In this document: positions 5,725-13,195 of the stretch, in pieces
Layout: the number at the start of each line of letters is the position of its first letter
Position numbering within the stretch: position 1 is the first letter of the stretch
Source of the DNA: Schaalia odontolytica
GTDB taxonomy: Bacteria > Actinomycetota > Actinomycetes > Actinomycetales > Actinomycetaceae
Direction of reading: 5' to 3'
Assembly: GCF_005696695.1 (NCBI RefSeq)
Contig: NZ_CP040006.1
Location: 2,250,001 to 2,282,000 of the forward strand
Length of the DNA: 32,000 nt
Made by a program: the position numbers and the translations under genes
The notes under the pieces: generated by a model
Told to the model about the DNA's origin: nothing
Seen by the model: the letters and a program-made list of their open reading frames with translations, nothing else
Databases searched by the model: none

Positions 5725-8280
5725 ATGTCCACTGACTCTGTGACGACCACTCCCGCGGCCGCCCCTTCTTCCCCTGAGGCCACCCCGGCCTCGGCCCCGG
5801 CCCCCCAGGTCGGCGAGAGCACCCACGCCCACGCCGCCGACATGCTCCGACGCCTCATCGTCTCTGCGCCACTGGGCATCCTCGCGGCAATTCTGTCGAT
5901 GGTGCCCGCCTGGCAGTTCACGGGGTGGCAGTGGGTCGTCGCGGCGATCACGATCCCGGTCGTCACGTGGGGCGCGTGGCCCTTCCACCGGGCGGCCTTC
6001 TCGGCGGGTCGCCACGGGTCGACGACGATGGACACGCTGGTCTCCCTCGGCGTCATCGCCTCGACGCTGTGGAGCTGGTGGGCGCTGCTGTGGGGCGGCG
6101 CCGGGATGCTCGGCATGCGCATGCAGATGAGCCTGATCCCGCGCGCGGCGCACGCCGGCCACGCGGAGATCTACTTCGAGGTCGCGTCCACGATCGTCGT
6201 CTTCCTGCTGACGGGACGCTACCTGGAGGCGCGCGCACGCTACCGCGCGGGCGACGCGCTGCGTTCGCTGTTGAGCATGGGCGCGAAGGAGGCGACGCTC
6301 GTGAGCGTCGACCCCGCGACCGGCGAGCGCTCCGAGAGCATCGTGCCCGCCTCGTCCCTGCAGGTCGGCGACCTGTTCACGGTGCGCCCGGGCGAGAAGG
6401 TGGCAACCGACGGCGTCATCGTCGAGGGTTCCTCCGCCCTGGACACCTCGCTCCTGACGGGCGAGTCCGTGCCCGTGGACGCCGCCCCCGGCGACGCGGT
6501 GACGGGTGCGACCGTCAACACGTGGGGATCCCTGCTGGTGCGCGCCACACGCGTCGGTTCGGACACGACGCTCGCGCAGATGGGGCGCATGGTCGCCGAG
6601 GCCCAGGCCGGAAAGGCTCCCGTCCAGCGACTCGCGGACCAGATCTCCGGTGTGTTCGTGCCGATCGTCATCCTCGTTGCCCTGCTGACGCTCGGGGGCT
6701 GGCTGCTCGCCGGCGGCAGCGTGCAGGCCGCGTTCACGGCTGCCGTCGCCGTTCTAGTCGTCGCGTGCCCATGCGCGCTCGGCCTGGCCACGCCAACCGC
6801 GATCCTCGTCGGGTCGGGGCGCGCCTCGCAGCTGGGCATCCTCATCAAGAACGCAGAAATTCTCGAGCAGACGCGCTCGATCGACACGATGCTGCTGGAC
6901 AAGACGGGCACGGTCACCACGGGCGTCATGTCCCTCGAGTCGGTCGCCGTCGCGCCCGGCGCGGGCGAGGCCTCGGCCCTGTCCCTGGCTGCCTCCGTTG
7001 AGTCCCTCTCCGAGCACCCGGTCGCCCGCGCCATCACGTTGGGTGCCGCAGACCGCGGCCTGTCACTCGTCCCCGTGACGGCATTCGCGAACCAGCCCGG
7101 GCTCGGCGTCGTCGGCATCACCGCGCAGGGCGGCGTGCTGGTCGGCCGCCCGTCGTGGCTGGCTTCCCTGGGCATCGACGTGCCCTCCTCCCTCCTCGAT
7201 GCCGTGCGCGAGGCCGAGGCCTCGGGCGCCTCCGCCGTCGTCGCGGCCCTCGCGCCGCAGCTCGGCCAAGTGGCGACCACCGAGGCCGTCACCCCCGTGC
7301 CCGAGGCCCACACGCACGTTGTCCTGCCCGGCCCCGACGCCAAGCTGCCCCTCACAACCCTCACCATGAGCGTGGGCGGCATGACCTGCGCATCCTGCGT
7401 GGGCCGCGTCGAGCGCAAGCTCGGCAAGCTCGACGGCGTGAAGGCCGAGGTCAACCTCGCCACCGAGTCCGCTCGCATCACGCTCACCGTCCCTCACAGC
7501 AACGAGGAGCTTGAGGCCGCCGTCAACGCCGCCGGGTACTCCGGCACCGTCACCTCCCGTTCTGAGGCCGCGACCGCCGACGCTGCACCCGCGGCTGGCG
7601 GCAGCGCGGGTGGGGATACCGGTACCCCCACCCAGCCGGACACCACCCCGGGCGCGGGCGAGCGGGAGGGGGCCCAGGCCTCGTCCCTGGTGATCCCCGA
7701 GCGCGTCGAAGGCAGTGCGATCGCCGCGCTGATCGTGCGCGACACGGTCAAGGAGTCCTCCGCGGATGCGATCGCTCAGCTGCGCGAGCTCGGCATCGAG
7801 CCGATCCTGCTGACCGGCGACAACGAGGCGGCGGCGCGCCACGTGGCAGACCAGGTCGGGATCAAGCGCGTCATCGCGGGAGTCCTGCCCGACGGCAAGC
7901 GCAACACCGTCGCCGATCTACAGGCCGAGGGCCGCACGGTCGCGATGGTGGGCGACGGCGTGAACGACGCGGCCGCCCTGGCGCAGGCGAGCACGAAGGG
8001 CCTGGGCATCGCGATGGGCTCGGGCACAGACGTGGCGATCGAGGTCGCGGACATGACGCTCATGAACTCGTCGCTCACCTCGGCGGCGACCGCGATCCGA
8101 GTGTCGCGTCGGACGCTGCGCATCATCAAAGAGAACCTCTTCTGGGCGTTCTTCTACAACGTGCTGATGGTGCCGCTCGCGATCGCTGGGCTCCTCTCCC
8201 CCATGCTGGCCAGCGCCGCGATGGCGTGCTCATCCGTGTTCGTAGTCCTCAACTCGCTGCGCCTGCGTGCCGCGAAGTAG
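5725..8280 (+). CDS. copA: P1B-type copper-translocating ATPase with an internal rather than N-terminal HMA domain
   Basis: 851 aa with motifs in canonical order: TGES, CPC (ACPCALGLATP), DKTGT, SEHPVA, GDGVNDA, YN in TM5 and MACSS in TM6. There is no MxCxxC motif in the N-terminal 90 aa. Confidence 0.95.
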   Translation: MSTDSVTTTPAAAPSSPEATPASAPAPQVGESTHAHAADMLRRLIVSAPLGILAAILSMVPAWQFTGWQWVVAAITIPVVTWGAWPFHRAAFSAGRHGSTTMDTLVSLGVIASTLWSWWALLWGGAGMLGMRMQMSLIPRAAHAGHAEIYFEVASTIVVFLLTGRYLEARARYRAGDALRSLLSMGAKEATLVSVDPATGERSESIVPASSLQVGDLFTVRPGEKVATDGVIVEGSSALDTSLLTGESVPVDAAPGDAVTGATVNTWGSLLVRATRVGSDTTLAQMGRMVAEAQAGKAPVQRLADQISGVFVPIVILVALLTLGGWLLAGGSVQAAFTAAVAVLVVACPCALGLATPTAILVGSGRASQLGILIKNAEILEQTRSIDTMLLDKTGTVTTGVMSLESVAVAPGAGEASALSLAASVESLSEHPVARAITLGAADRGLSLVPVTAFANQPGLGVVGITAQGGVLVGRPSWLASLGIDVPSSLLDAVREAEASGASAVVAALAPQLGQVATTEAVTPVPEAHTHVVLPGPDAKLPLTTLTMSVGGMTCASCVGRVERKLGKLDGVKAEVNLATESARITLTVPHSNEELEAAVNAAGYSGTVTSRSEAATADAAPAAGGSAGGDTGTPTQPDTTPGAGEREGAQASSLVIPERVEGSAIAALIVRDTVKESSADAIAQLRELGIEPILLTGDNEAAARHVADQVGIKRVIAGVLPDGKRNTVADLQAEGRTVAMVGDGVNDAAALAQASTKGLGIAMGSGTDVAIEVADMTLMNSSLTSAATAIRVSRRTLRIIKENLFWAFFYNVLMVPLAIAGLLSPMLASAAMACSSVFVVLNSLRLRAAK
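7351..7557 (+). other. HMA metal-binding domain embedded in the copA cytoplasmic ATP-binding region
   Basis: LTTLTMSVGGMTCASCVGRVERKLGKLDGVKAEVNLATESARITLTV...AAGYSGTV is encoded in frame between DKTGT and GDGVNDA, followed by a Pro/Ala/Gly/Thr-rich linker. Confidence 0.85.
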
Positions 8281-8296
8281 CCGCACAAACGGCACG

Positions 8297-8353
8297 AGTG
8301 CCGCGTGGCCGGACATCCGGCTGCGCGGCACTTGTCGCATTACGAGGTGCGTC
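8297..8353 (+). repeat. 57-nt hairpin-containing repeat, copy 1
   Basis: agtgccgcgtggccggacatccggctgcgcggcacttgtcgcattacgaggtgcgtc matches 10713-10769 at 50 of 57 positions in the same orientation. It contains a 16-bp stem (AGTGCCGCGTGGCCGG / CCGGCTGCGCGGCACT, two G-U-type pairs). Confidence 0.8.
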
Positions 8354-8364
8354 AAGCGATACGC

Positions 8365-8398
8365 CCCGTTCTCTCCTCACGGGGAAGGGAGAACGGGA
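8365..8398. terminator. Hairpin between convergent copA and the S8 protease gene (candidate bidirectional terminator)
   Basis: CCCGTTCTC (8365-8373) pairs with GAGAACGGG (8390-8398). It sits between the stops at 8280 (+) and 8434 (-). Confidence 0.45.
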
Positions 8399-8433
8399 CG
8401 CAGGCTGCGCGCTCGATCGCGCGGGTGTCATGG

Positions 8434-9672
8434 TCACTTCCGGTGGTAGCGCGGGCTAGTTCCCAGGTGGACGGTGATTGTCTTGTTGTCATTCAAGACG
8501 ACCCCTTCGTCCGTTCCACGATAGACGTAGGACGACGGGAATGAGTCCGTCAGTGTGTCCCCTGCGATCCCATCCATGTAGTCCTGCATCTCCTGGACAC
8601 TGGGGGAAGAGCCATTGGGCTTTGGAATAATGGGGTTCTCATCCGGGTACTGCGACGGATCCGTGTTAACCAAAGACCCCAGAGCCGCCGCACCATAGCC
8701 GGTGTACTTATCCCAGTTATGAGTGGGGTTCAGGCCCGTGCGAACCAGGAGCTGGAGGATCTGGTTGGTAGTGGCCTCGGGCCACCGCTGGCGCGCTAAA
8801 GCCAGCATGCCTGCCACAAGCGGCGCAGACACAGATGTCCCATTGACCGTTTGCGGTTGGTTTGTCGCAGGGTCGAAAGTGTTGAAGGGTCCGCCAAAAG
8901 CAGCTGTGACTACGCCGTCGCCCCAGGACGAGTAGGACGCGAACGTACCGTCGGCGTTAATCGCGGACACACCAACGACGCCAGAGAACCTGCTCAGGTG
9001 CGTCACATTGTCGTCACTGGCGCCATTTCCGGCGGAGGCGACGATGATGACGCCCTTGCTGATCGCGTTGGCGATCGCCCACTTCAGCTCAGGACTCTCC
9101 TCCGAGACACTTTGCGAGACGGAAATGATCTGAGCACCGTCCTCAACGGCCTGGTTGATGAGGCTGGCGAAAGTGTTGAGCCGACCGCCATCGGAGCTGC
9201 AGGTTCCATTCGACGTTGTCGATGCCGTCGACGACTGGTAGGTGTATAGAGTCGCATCGGGTGCCACGCCGGTCTTGGGGGAAACCAAGATGATCGCCAT
9301 ATCGGTGCCATGACGCTTCCCCTCGGGGGTCGCCTCCACCGTACAGCGGCTCTTGTCGGTGACCTTAGCCCCCTTGAGCGCAGGGTCACTCGTATCAACC
9401 GGACCGCCAATGGCAGCGATCGTGACGCCCTTACCGGTGTATCCCTTGGCGCGTACGGTATCGAGAGGATAGTAGGAGAAATAATCCTGTGAAGGCACCG
9501 CGTCGTCCGCTTGCGTGGGGGCAGGGGCCACTGTTAGGACCCCGACGGCAAGCGCAAGGGCCGAGACGGCGGTGGTCAGGGCGCGCGCGGCGCGCCCCGC
9601 CCTCCCCGCGAAAGCGAAGGGAGAACGAGGCGCAACGTGAGAAGAAATGCTCACCACTGGCGGGGGTCCCAT
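8434..9672 (-). CDS. Secreted subtilisin-like (S8) serine protease, mycosin-like core, with a degenerate Asp box
   Basis: His box KRHGTDMA, oxyanion ASAGNG and Ser box NGTSVSAPLVAGMLAL are present. Signal-peptide-like ALTTAVSALALAVGVLTVAPAPTQA. There is no C-terminal TM helix. An alternative start, GTG 9652-9654, forms a GTGA overlap with the upstream small ORF. Confidence 0.8.
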   Translation of the reverse strand: MGPPPVVSISSHVAPRSPFAFAGRAGRAARALTTAVSALALAVGVLTVAPAPTQADDAVPSQDYFSYYPLDTVRAKGYTGKGVTIAAIGGPVDTSDPALKGAKVTDKSRCTVEATPEGKRHGTDMAIILVSPKTGVAPDATLYTYQSSTASTTSNGTCSSDGGRLNTFASLINQAVEDGAQIISVSQSVSEESPELKWAIANAISKGVIIVASAGNGASDDNVTHLSRFSGVVGVSAINADGTFASYSSWGDGVVTAAFGGPFNTFDPATNQPQTVNGTSVSAPLVAGMLALARQRWPEATTNQILQLLVRTGLNPTHNWDKYTGYGAAALGSLVNTDPSQYPDENPIIPKPNGSSPSVQEMQDYMDGIAGDTLTDSFPSSYVYRGTDEGVVLNDNKTITVHLGTSPRYHRK

Positions 9673-9977
9673 CCGTCGTCCGTACGCCTGGCCGGCGCGA
9701 TGTCCTTGTCTGTGCCGTAAGTCTGGGACATGGGATTCACGTAGCCCGCGGGCAGCTCGTCCTCGTCATCCTCAAACTTGAAGGCCATGTACTGGCGCCT
9801 GCGGCCCTTCTTGTCTTCTTTGCCCGCTCCAGCGCCAGCGCCGGCTCCGGCCCCCATGAAGCCGCCGGAGCCCTCGTGGGCCGCGCCGCGCACGCCGGCT
9901 CGGCCCACGACACTTGCGCCACAGGGCGCTGCTGTCTGCCGGTAGTTGCCATACCAGGCGTCGGGTTCTCCAGCCAT
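9651..9977 (-). CDS. Small acidic, Gly/Ala-rich protein of unknown function
   Basis: The start is taken at ATG 9975-9977 (MAGEPDAWYGNYRQ...) because GAGGAG lies 6 nt upstream. It contains a GAGAGAGAGAG run, a KKGRRR patch and FEDDEDE. The stop overlaps the candidate GTG start of the protease. No recognisable family. Confidence 0.5.
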   Translation of the reverse strand: MAGEPDAWYGNYRQTAAPCGASVVGRAGVRGAAHEGSGGFMGAGAGAGAGAGKEDKKGRRRQYMAFKFEDDEDELPAGYVNPMSQTYGTDKDIAPARRTDDGWDPRQW

Positions 9978-10033
9978 TGCGGGCTCCTCAAGTGTCAATG
10001 AAAGAAGATGAGTGCGCCGATGCGCCCGGTTGC

Positions 10034-10576
10034 TTACTTGGCGACCTTGAAGCGGCGGACCAGCGGCTTATCAGGCTGGTCAGAACCCTCAATCTTCAGG
10101 GTCCACACGTAGGTCAGGTCAGAGCCGGAGCCCTCCACGTCCACGGTCCAGGACGAGTAGTACTCGCAGTTCTGCTCCACGCACAGGTCGTAGGTGTCAT
10201 TGCCCAGCCGCCAGAAATCAGTCGCCGACATCATCTGGTAGATCGTCTCATTCTTATTGACGACCGTCTGGCCCTTGGGATCAAGCTTGAAGGTCTGCTG
10301 GGCGATCGTCACGGGGGCCTCGGCCACCAGCTGCGCGCCAACCATATTGTTCAAGGCGACGGCCTTCGCAGCGATCTGCTTCTTCTGATCGCCCGACGCG
10401 GACTGCATCTGCTGCACCAGCTGCTGCTTCTGCCCCTGAGGAATATTGGGCAGCTTGCTGATATCGGTGGCCTTAGAGCCACCCCCACCGAAGAGGGAGC
10501 AACCCGACAGTGCGACGGCAGCGAGCAACACGGAAGCGGTCGCCGCACCGGCGCGACGAGATACGAGAGAGAACAT
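10034..10576 (-). CDS. Lipoprotein of unknown function
   Basis: The start is set at ATG 10574-10576 (MFSLVSRRAGAATASVLLAAVALSGC) with an AGGAG SD 6 nt upstream. Lipobox LSGC. The mature part is Gln/Lys-rich, followed by a region that looks beta-strand-rich. Confidence 0.7.
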   Translation of the reverse strand: MFSLVSRRAGAATASVLLAAVALSGCSLFGGGGSKATDISKLPNIPQGQKQQLVQQMQSASGDQKKQIAAKAVALNNMVGAQLVAEAPVTIAQQTFKLDPKGQTVVNKNETIYQMMSATDFWRLGNDTYDLCVEQNCEYYSSWTVDVEGSGSDLTYVWTLKIEGSDQPDKPLVRRFKVAK

Positions 10577-10712
10577 ATTTTCTCCTACCTTCAGACGAAG
10601 CAATCATATGCGAGAAAGAGGACGCCGTGGCGCTATGCACACTCGATACTCACTCAGCGCAATAAAGCTGTTATTCGTCTTATGAAGCCAGCCGCATTGC
10701 ACGAACGTCGTC

Positions 10713-10769
10713 AGTGCCGCGCGGCCGGGTGTCCGGCTGCGCGGCACTCGTCGTTTTACGAGGTGCGTC
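10713..10769 (+). repeat. 57-nt hairpin-containing repeat, copy 2 (overlaps the last codons and stop of the DUF2079 gene)
   Basis: agtgccgcgcggccgggtgtccggctgcgcggcactcgtcgttttacgaggtgcgtc matches 8297-8353 at 50 of 57 positions in direct orientation. Confidence 0.8.
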
Positions 10770-12258
10770 GCGCGACGCGGAAGCCCTGCTTGGCGTAGAC
10801 GGTCTCGTAGGAGTGTCCCGGGTGGGCAGCGCTCCCCCACGACTCGGCATCGACCTCCTGGCCGCCCCACGCGTAGGATCGCGCGTCGATGACGACATAC
10901 TCCGGCGGGGTATCCATCTTCCCCGTCGTGCCTACCCAGTAGACCTCGCGACCGGGCACGAGGCGCGCAAGCAGCGTCGTGTCGGTTTCGACGCTCACCC
11001 CTTCGGGCACCGCGTCGAGCGCGCCGAGGGCGGCGGCCATGCGCGGATCCTCCTTGAGGTCGGACAGGTGCCACAGCGGAAGGGACGAGGCCGTGAGAGC
11101 CAGGGACACAGCGGGCACGCACGCGGCCGCCCAGGCCGCGACGCGCCAGCCCAGGTTCGACGAGGCCAGGGCCTCGTCCTCAGCGTCCGCGTCGGTCCCG
11201 AGGCCGGCGCGCTCGGGCGCGAGCCACTGGTCGATGACATCGAGCAGCGAGCACGCCGCAATAGGAACGAGCACGGCGTTGTAGTGCCACGAGTCCCAGC
11301 CGTAGTAGGCCTCGACGGAGCCCGCGAAGCGCCACGCGAGCGTCGGGGCCACCAGCGCGAACCACGGGGAGGCCGTGCCCACAAAACCGGCCCCGGCGGC
11401 CAGGACGATGAGGGTCACGAGCTTGACAGAAGGGGTCGTCAGGATGTCCCACAGGGAGGGGATTGCGCGCGCGGCGGTGGTTCCACCGGTCGGCGTGCCC
11501 GCCCCTGTCGCGGCCCCGTCAAGCGAGTATGCCCATGTGCCCGCCGGGTTCATCGCCGGGAGCAGCACCTTCACCGTCAACACAAACGCGACGATGCCGA
11601 ACAGCGCGTACGCTATCGACCGCAGGACAGCAGACCGCCCTTCACCTCGGCGACGCCATGCGAGAGCCAGGCCGGCGACGAAGACCGTCAGGCCCAGATC
11701 CTCCTTGACAAAGACGAGGGGCACCAGCCACGCCATGCACGCACCCCAGCGCCGCTCAACGAAGGCGACGCCTCCGAAAGCCAGCAGCGGGACGGCCACG
11801 CAGACCTCGTGAAACTGGGCGCCAACCGCACCCTGCAGCCCCCACCCCAGGCCGTAGGCAAGACCGACGAGGAGCGCGCCGCCTCGACCGAGGAGACGCT
11901 GCGCGAGGCGCGCGATCGGCGCCGCCGACGCCGCGATCAGCACGTCTTGGACGACGAGAAGGGTCAGCGCGGAGGGGAAGAGACGAAAGATCGGACCGAG
12001 CAGCGCCAGGATCGGGTGGAAGTGATCACCCAGCAGGTTGTAGCCGGGCCCCTTGATGGGGACGATGGGCGCCTCGAAGCGCGAGTAGGCCTGGACGGCC
12101 TCGGCGAAGATGCCCAGGTCCCAGGAGGGGGCGACAAGTGCGCGCCACTGCGCCACCGAGTAGCAGACGTAGAGCGCGCCGACTGCGCAGGCGATGAGGG
12201 TGGGCAGCCACCAGGTCGCCACCAGGCGAGCGACGGCTAATCGATCCGGGCCCTTCAC
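10756..12258 (-). CDS. DUF2079-family polytopic membrane protein (GT-C-like; envelope glycan assembly suspected)
   Basis: 500 aa, multi-TM. The N-terminal string SWDLGIFAEAVQ...LLGDHFHPILALLGPIFRLFPSALTLLVVQ matches my recollection of the DUF2079 signature. GTG start with a GTGA overlap onto the upstream GT2 gene. Confidence 0.7.
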   Translation of the reverse strand: MKGPDRLAVARLVATWWLPTLIACAVGALYVCYSVAQWRALVAPSWDLGIFAEAVQAYSRFEAPIVPIKGPGYNLLGDHFHPILALLGPIFRLFPSALTLLVVQDVLIAASAAPIARLAQRLLGRGGALLVGLAYGLGWGLQGAVGAQFHEVCVAVPLLAFGGVAFVERRWGACMAWLVPLVFVKEDLGLTVFVAGLALAWRRRGEGRSAVLRSIAYALFGIVAFVLTVKVLLPAMNPAGTWAYSLDGAATGAGTPTGGTTAARAIPSLWDILTTPSVKLVTLIVLAAGAGFVGTASPWFALVAPTLAWRFAGSVEAYYGWDSWHYNAVLVPIAACSLLDVIDQWLAPERAGLGTDADAEDEALASSNLGWRVAAWAAACVPAVSLALTASSLPLWHLSDLKEDPRMAAALGALDAVPEGVSVETDTTLLARLVPGREVYWVGTTGKMDTPPEYVVIDARSYAWGGQEVDAESWGSAAHPGHSYETVYAKQGFRVARRTS

Positions 12259-13103
12259 CCGACCATCTCCGAACGGCGCGCGTCAGAAGAATCAGATTCT
12301 TCCGCCTCGTCTCGGGCCGAGGCCGGAGCCGGGTAGGGCACGCCGATCCCCTGTTCGTGGTCGGCGCGGCGCTTCGAGCGCGCGTCGGAGTGGAAGAGCT
12401 GGCTGACCGTGGCGCGCACAGCGTCGAACATGCGCGCCGGGCGGTTGAGCGAGCCGAGCGAACGGTCCGCGCCCGAGTGCGCGAAGTTGCAGGGGACCTC
12501 CATGACGGACAGGCCCGCGCGCAGCACGCTGATAGTCATGGCGGCTTCGAGCACGTAGCGGCCCGCGAAGGGCATGGCCGCATCAATGGCCTCGCGCGTC
12601 AGGCAGCGCTGGTAGCTAAGGGGGTAGTGGCAGTTCCAGCCGGTCTTGCGACGGATGAGCCGGCGGGCGACGCCCGGCCCGTAGCCGGAGTACTCGCGTC
12701 CCGCCGCCGGGACGGCGATCGCCATGTCGGCCTGGCGGGCGAAGACGGCCTCGACGAGGGCGGTGGCCTCGACCGCAGATTCGCCGAGATCGGGAGAGAG
12801 CAGCAGGATGTGGCGGGGCGGCCCGTCGGGGCGGTCGCGCATGGCGGCGACCTTCACGCCGGTCTCGATCGCCGAGGCGCGCCCGCGCTCGACGGAGTGG
12901 CGCACGACGACGGCGCCTGCGGCACGGGCGGCACGCCCGGTGTCATCCGTGGAACCATCGTCGACGACAATGAGGAGGTCAACGCTGGGTATGGCGCGGC
13001 ACGCGCGCACGGTGGCCGCGACGGCGCGTCCGACGTTGTGCGCAGCGATGACGGCGGCGACGCGCTGCGGCTGGGAACCTCGAGATCCGGCGGGATAGTT
13101 CAC
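12255..13103 (-). CDS. Family 2 glycosyltransferase
   Basis: VAAVIAAHNVGRAVAATV...LLIVVDDGSTDDTGRAA is a GT-A/GT2 N-terminal fold with a DxD-like DDGSTDDT. The start is uncertain. GTG 13101-13103 is preferred because a 12-bp GC hairpin lies just upstream, but the frame stays open to TTG 13166. Confidence 0.75.
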   Translation of the reverse strand: MNYPAGSRGSQPQRVAAVIAAHNVGRAVAATVRACRAIPSVDLLIVVDDGSTDDTGRAARAAGAVVVRHSVERGRASAIETGVKVAAMRDRPDGPPRHILLLSPDLGESAVEATALVEAVFARQADMAIAVPAAGREYSGYGPGVARRLIRRKTGWNCHYPLSYQRCLTREAIDAAMPFAGRYVLEAAMTISVLRAGLSVMEVPCNFAHSGADRSLGSLNRPARMFDAVRATVSQLFHSDARSKRRADHEQGIGVPYPAPASARDEAEESDSSDARRSEMVG

Positions 13104-13115
13104 GAATAACAGTGT

Positions 13116-13152
13116 ACGGGCGGCGGGGGCGCAATCGCGTCCCGCCGCCCGT
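13116..13152 (-). terminator. Perfect 12-bp GC-rich hairpin downstream of the 293-aa gene
   Basis: ACGGGCGGCGGG-N13-CCCGCCGCCCGT. On the minus strand it follows the stop at 13196 and is followed by a UGUUAUU tract. Confidence 0.5.
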
Positions 13153-13195
13153 AATGTGAGCGACAAGCCTATCTAAACGACAGGCAAAATTGTGC

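Noticed and set aside
5925-7487. 358-aa (+) and 415-aa (-) ORFs within copA
   Set aside because: They are alternative frames of a gene whose P-type ATPase motifs are all in the 5725 frame. The products are Arg/Pro/Ser-rich with no motifs.
5725-8280. copA as a fusion or frameshift artefact of two genes (ATPase halves plus a chaperone)
   Set aside because: It is a single uninterrupted frame. The sequence on both sides of the HMA insert continues the canonical ATPase alignment, so it is treated as a genuine in-frame domain insertion pending read-level verification.
9560-9672. Twin-arginine (Tat) signal in the S8 protease N-terminus
   Set aside because: The region has several Arg residues (GRAGRAARAL) but no S/T-R-R-x-F-L-K-like motif. 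A generic Sec-type signal is the safer call.
8434-9672. Calling the S8 protease a bona fide type VII mycosin linked to the left-edge module
   Set aside because: The core aligns with mycosin motifs. However, the C-terminal TM anchor is missing, no ecc genes are adjacent, and it lies 6 kb from the WXG-like module with an unrelated copper operon in between.
10714-12240. 508-aa plus-strand ORF opposite the DUF2079 gene
   Set aside because: It is antisense to a membrane protein with a recognisable signature. The product is extremely Arg/Gly/Asp-rich with no hydrophobic or catalytic pattern, so it is a GC artefact.
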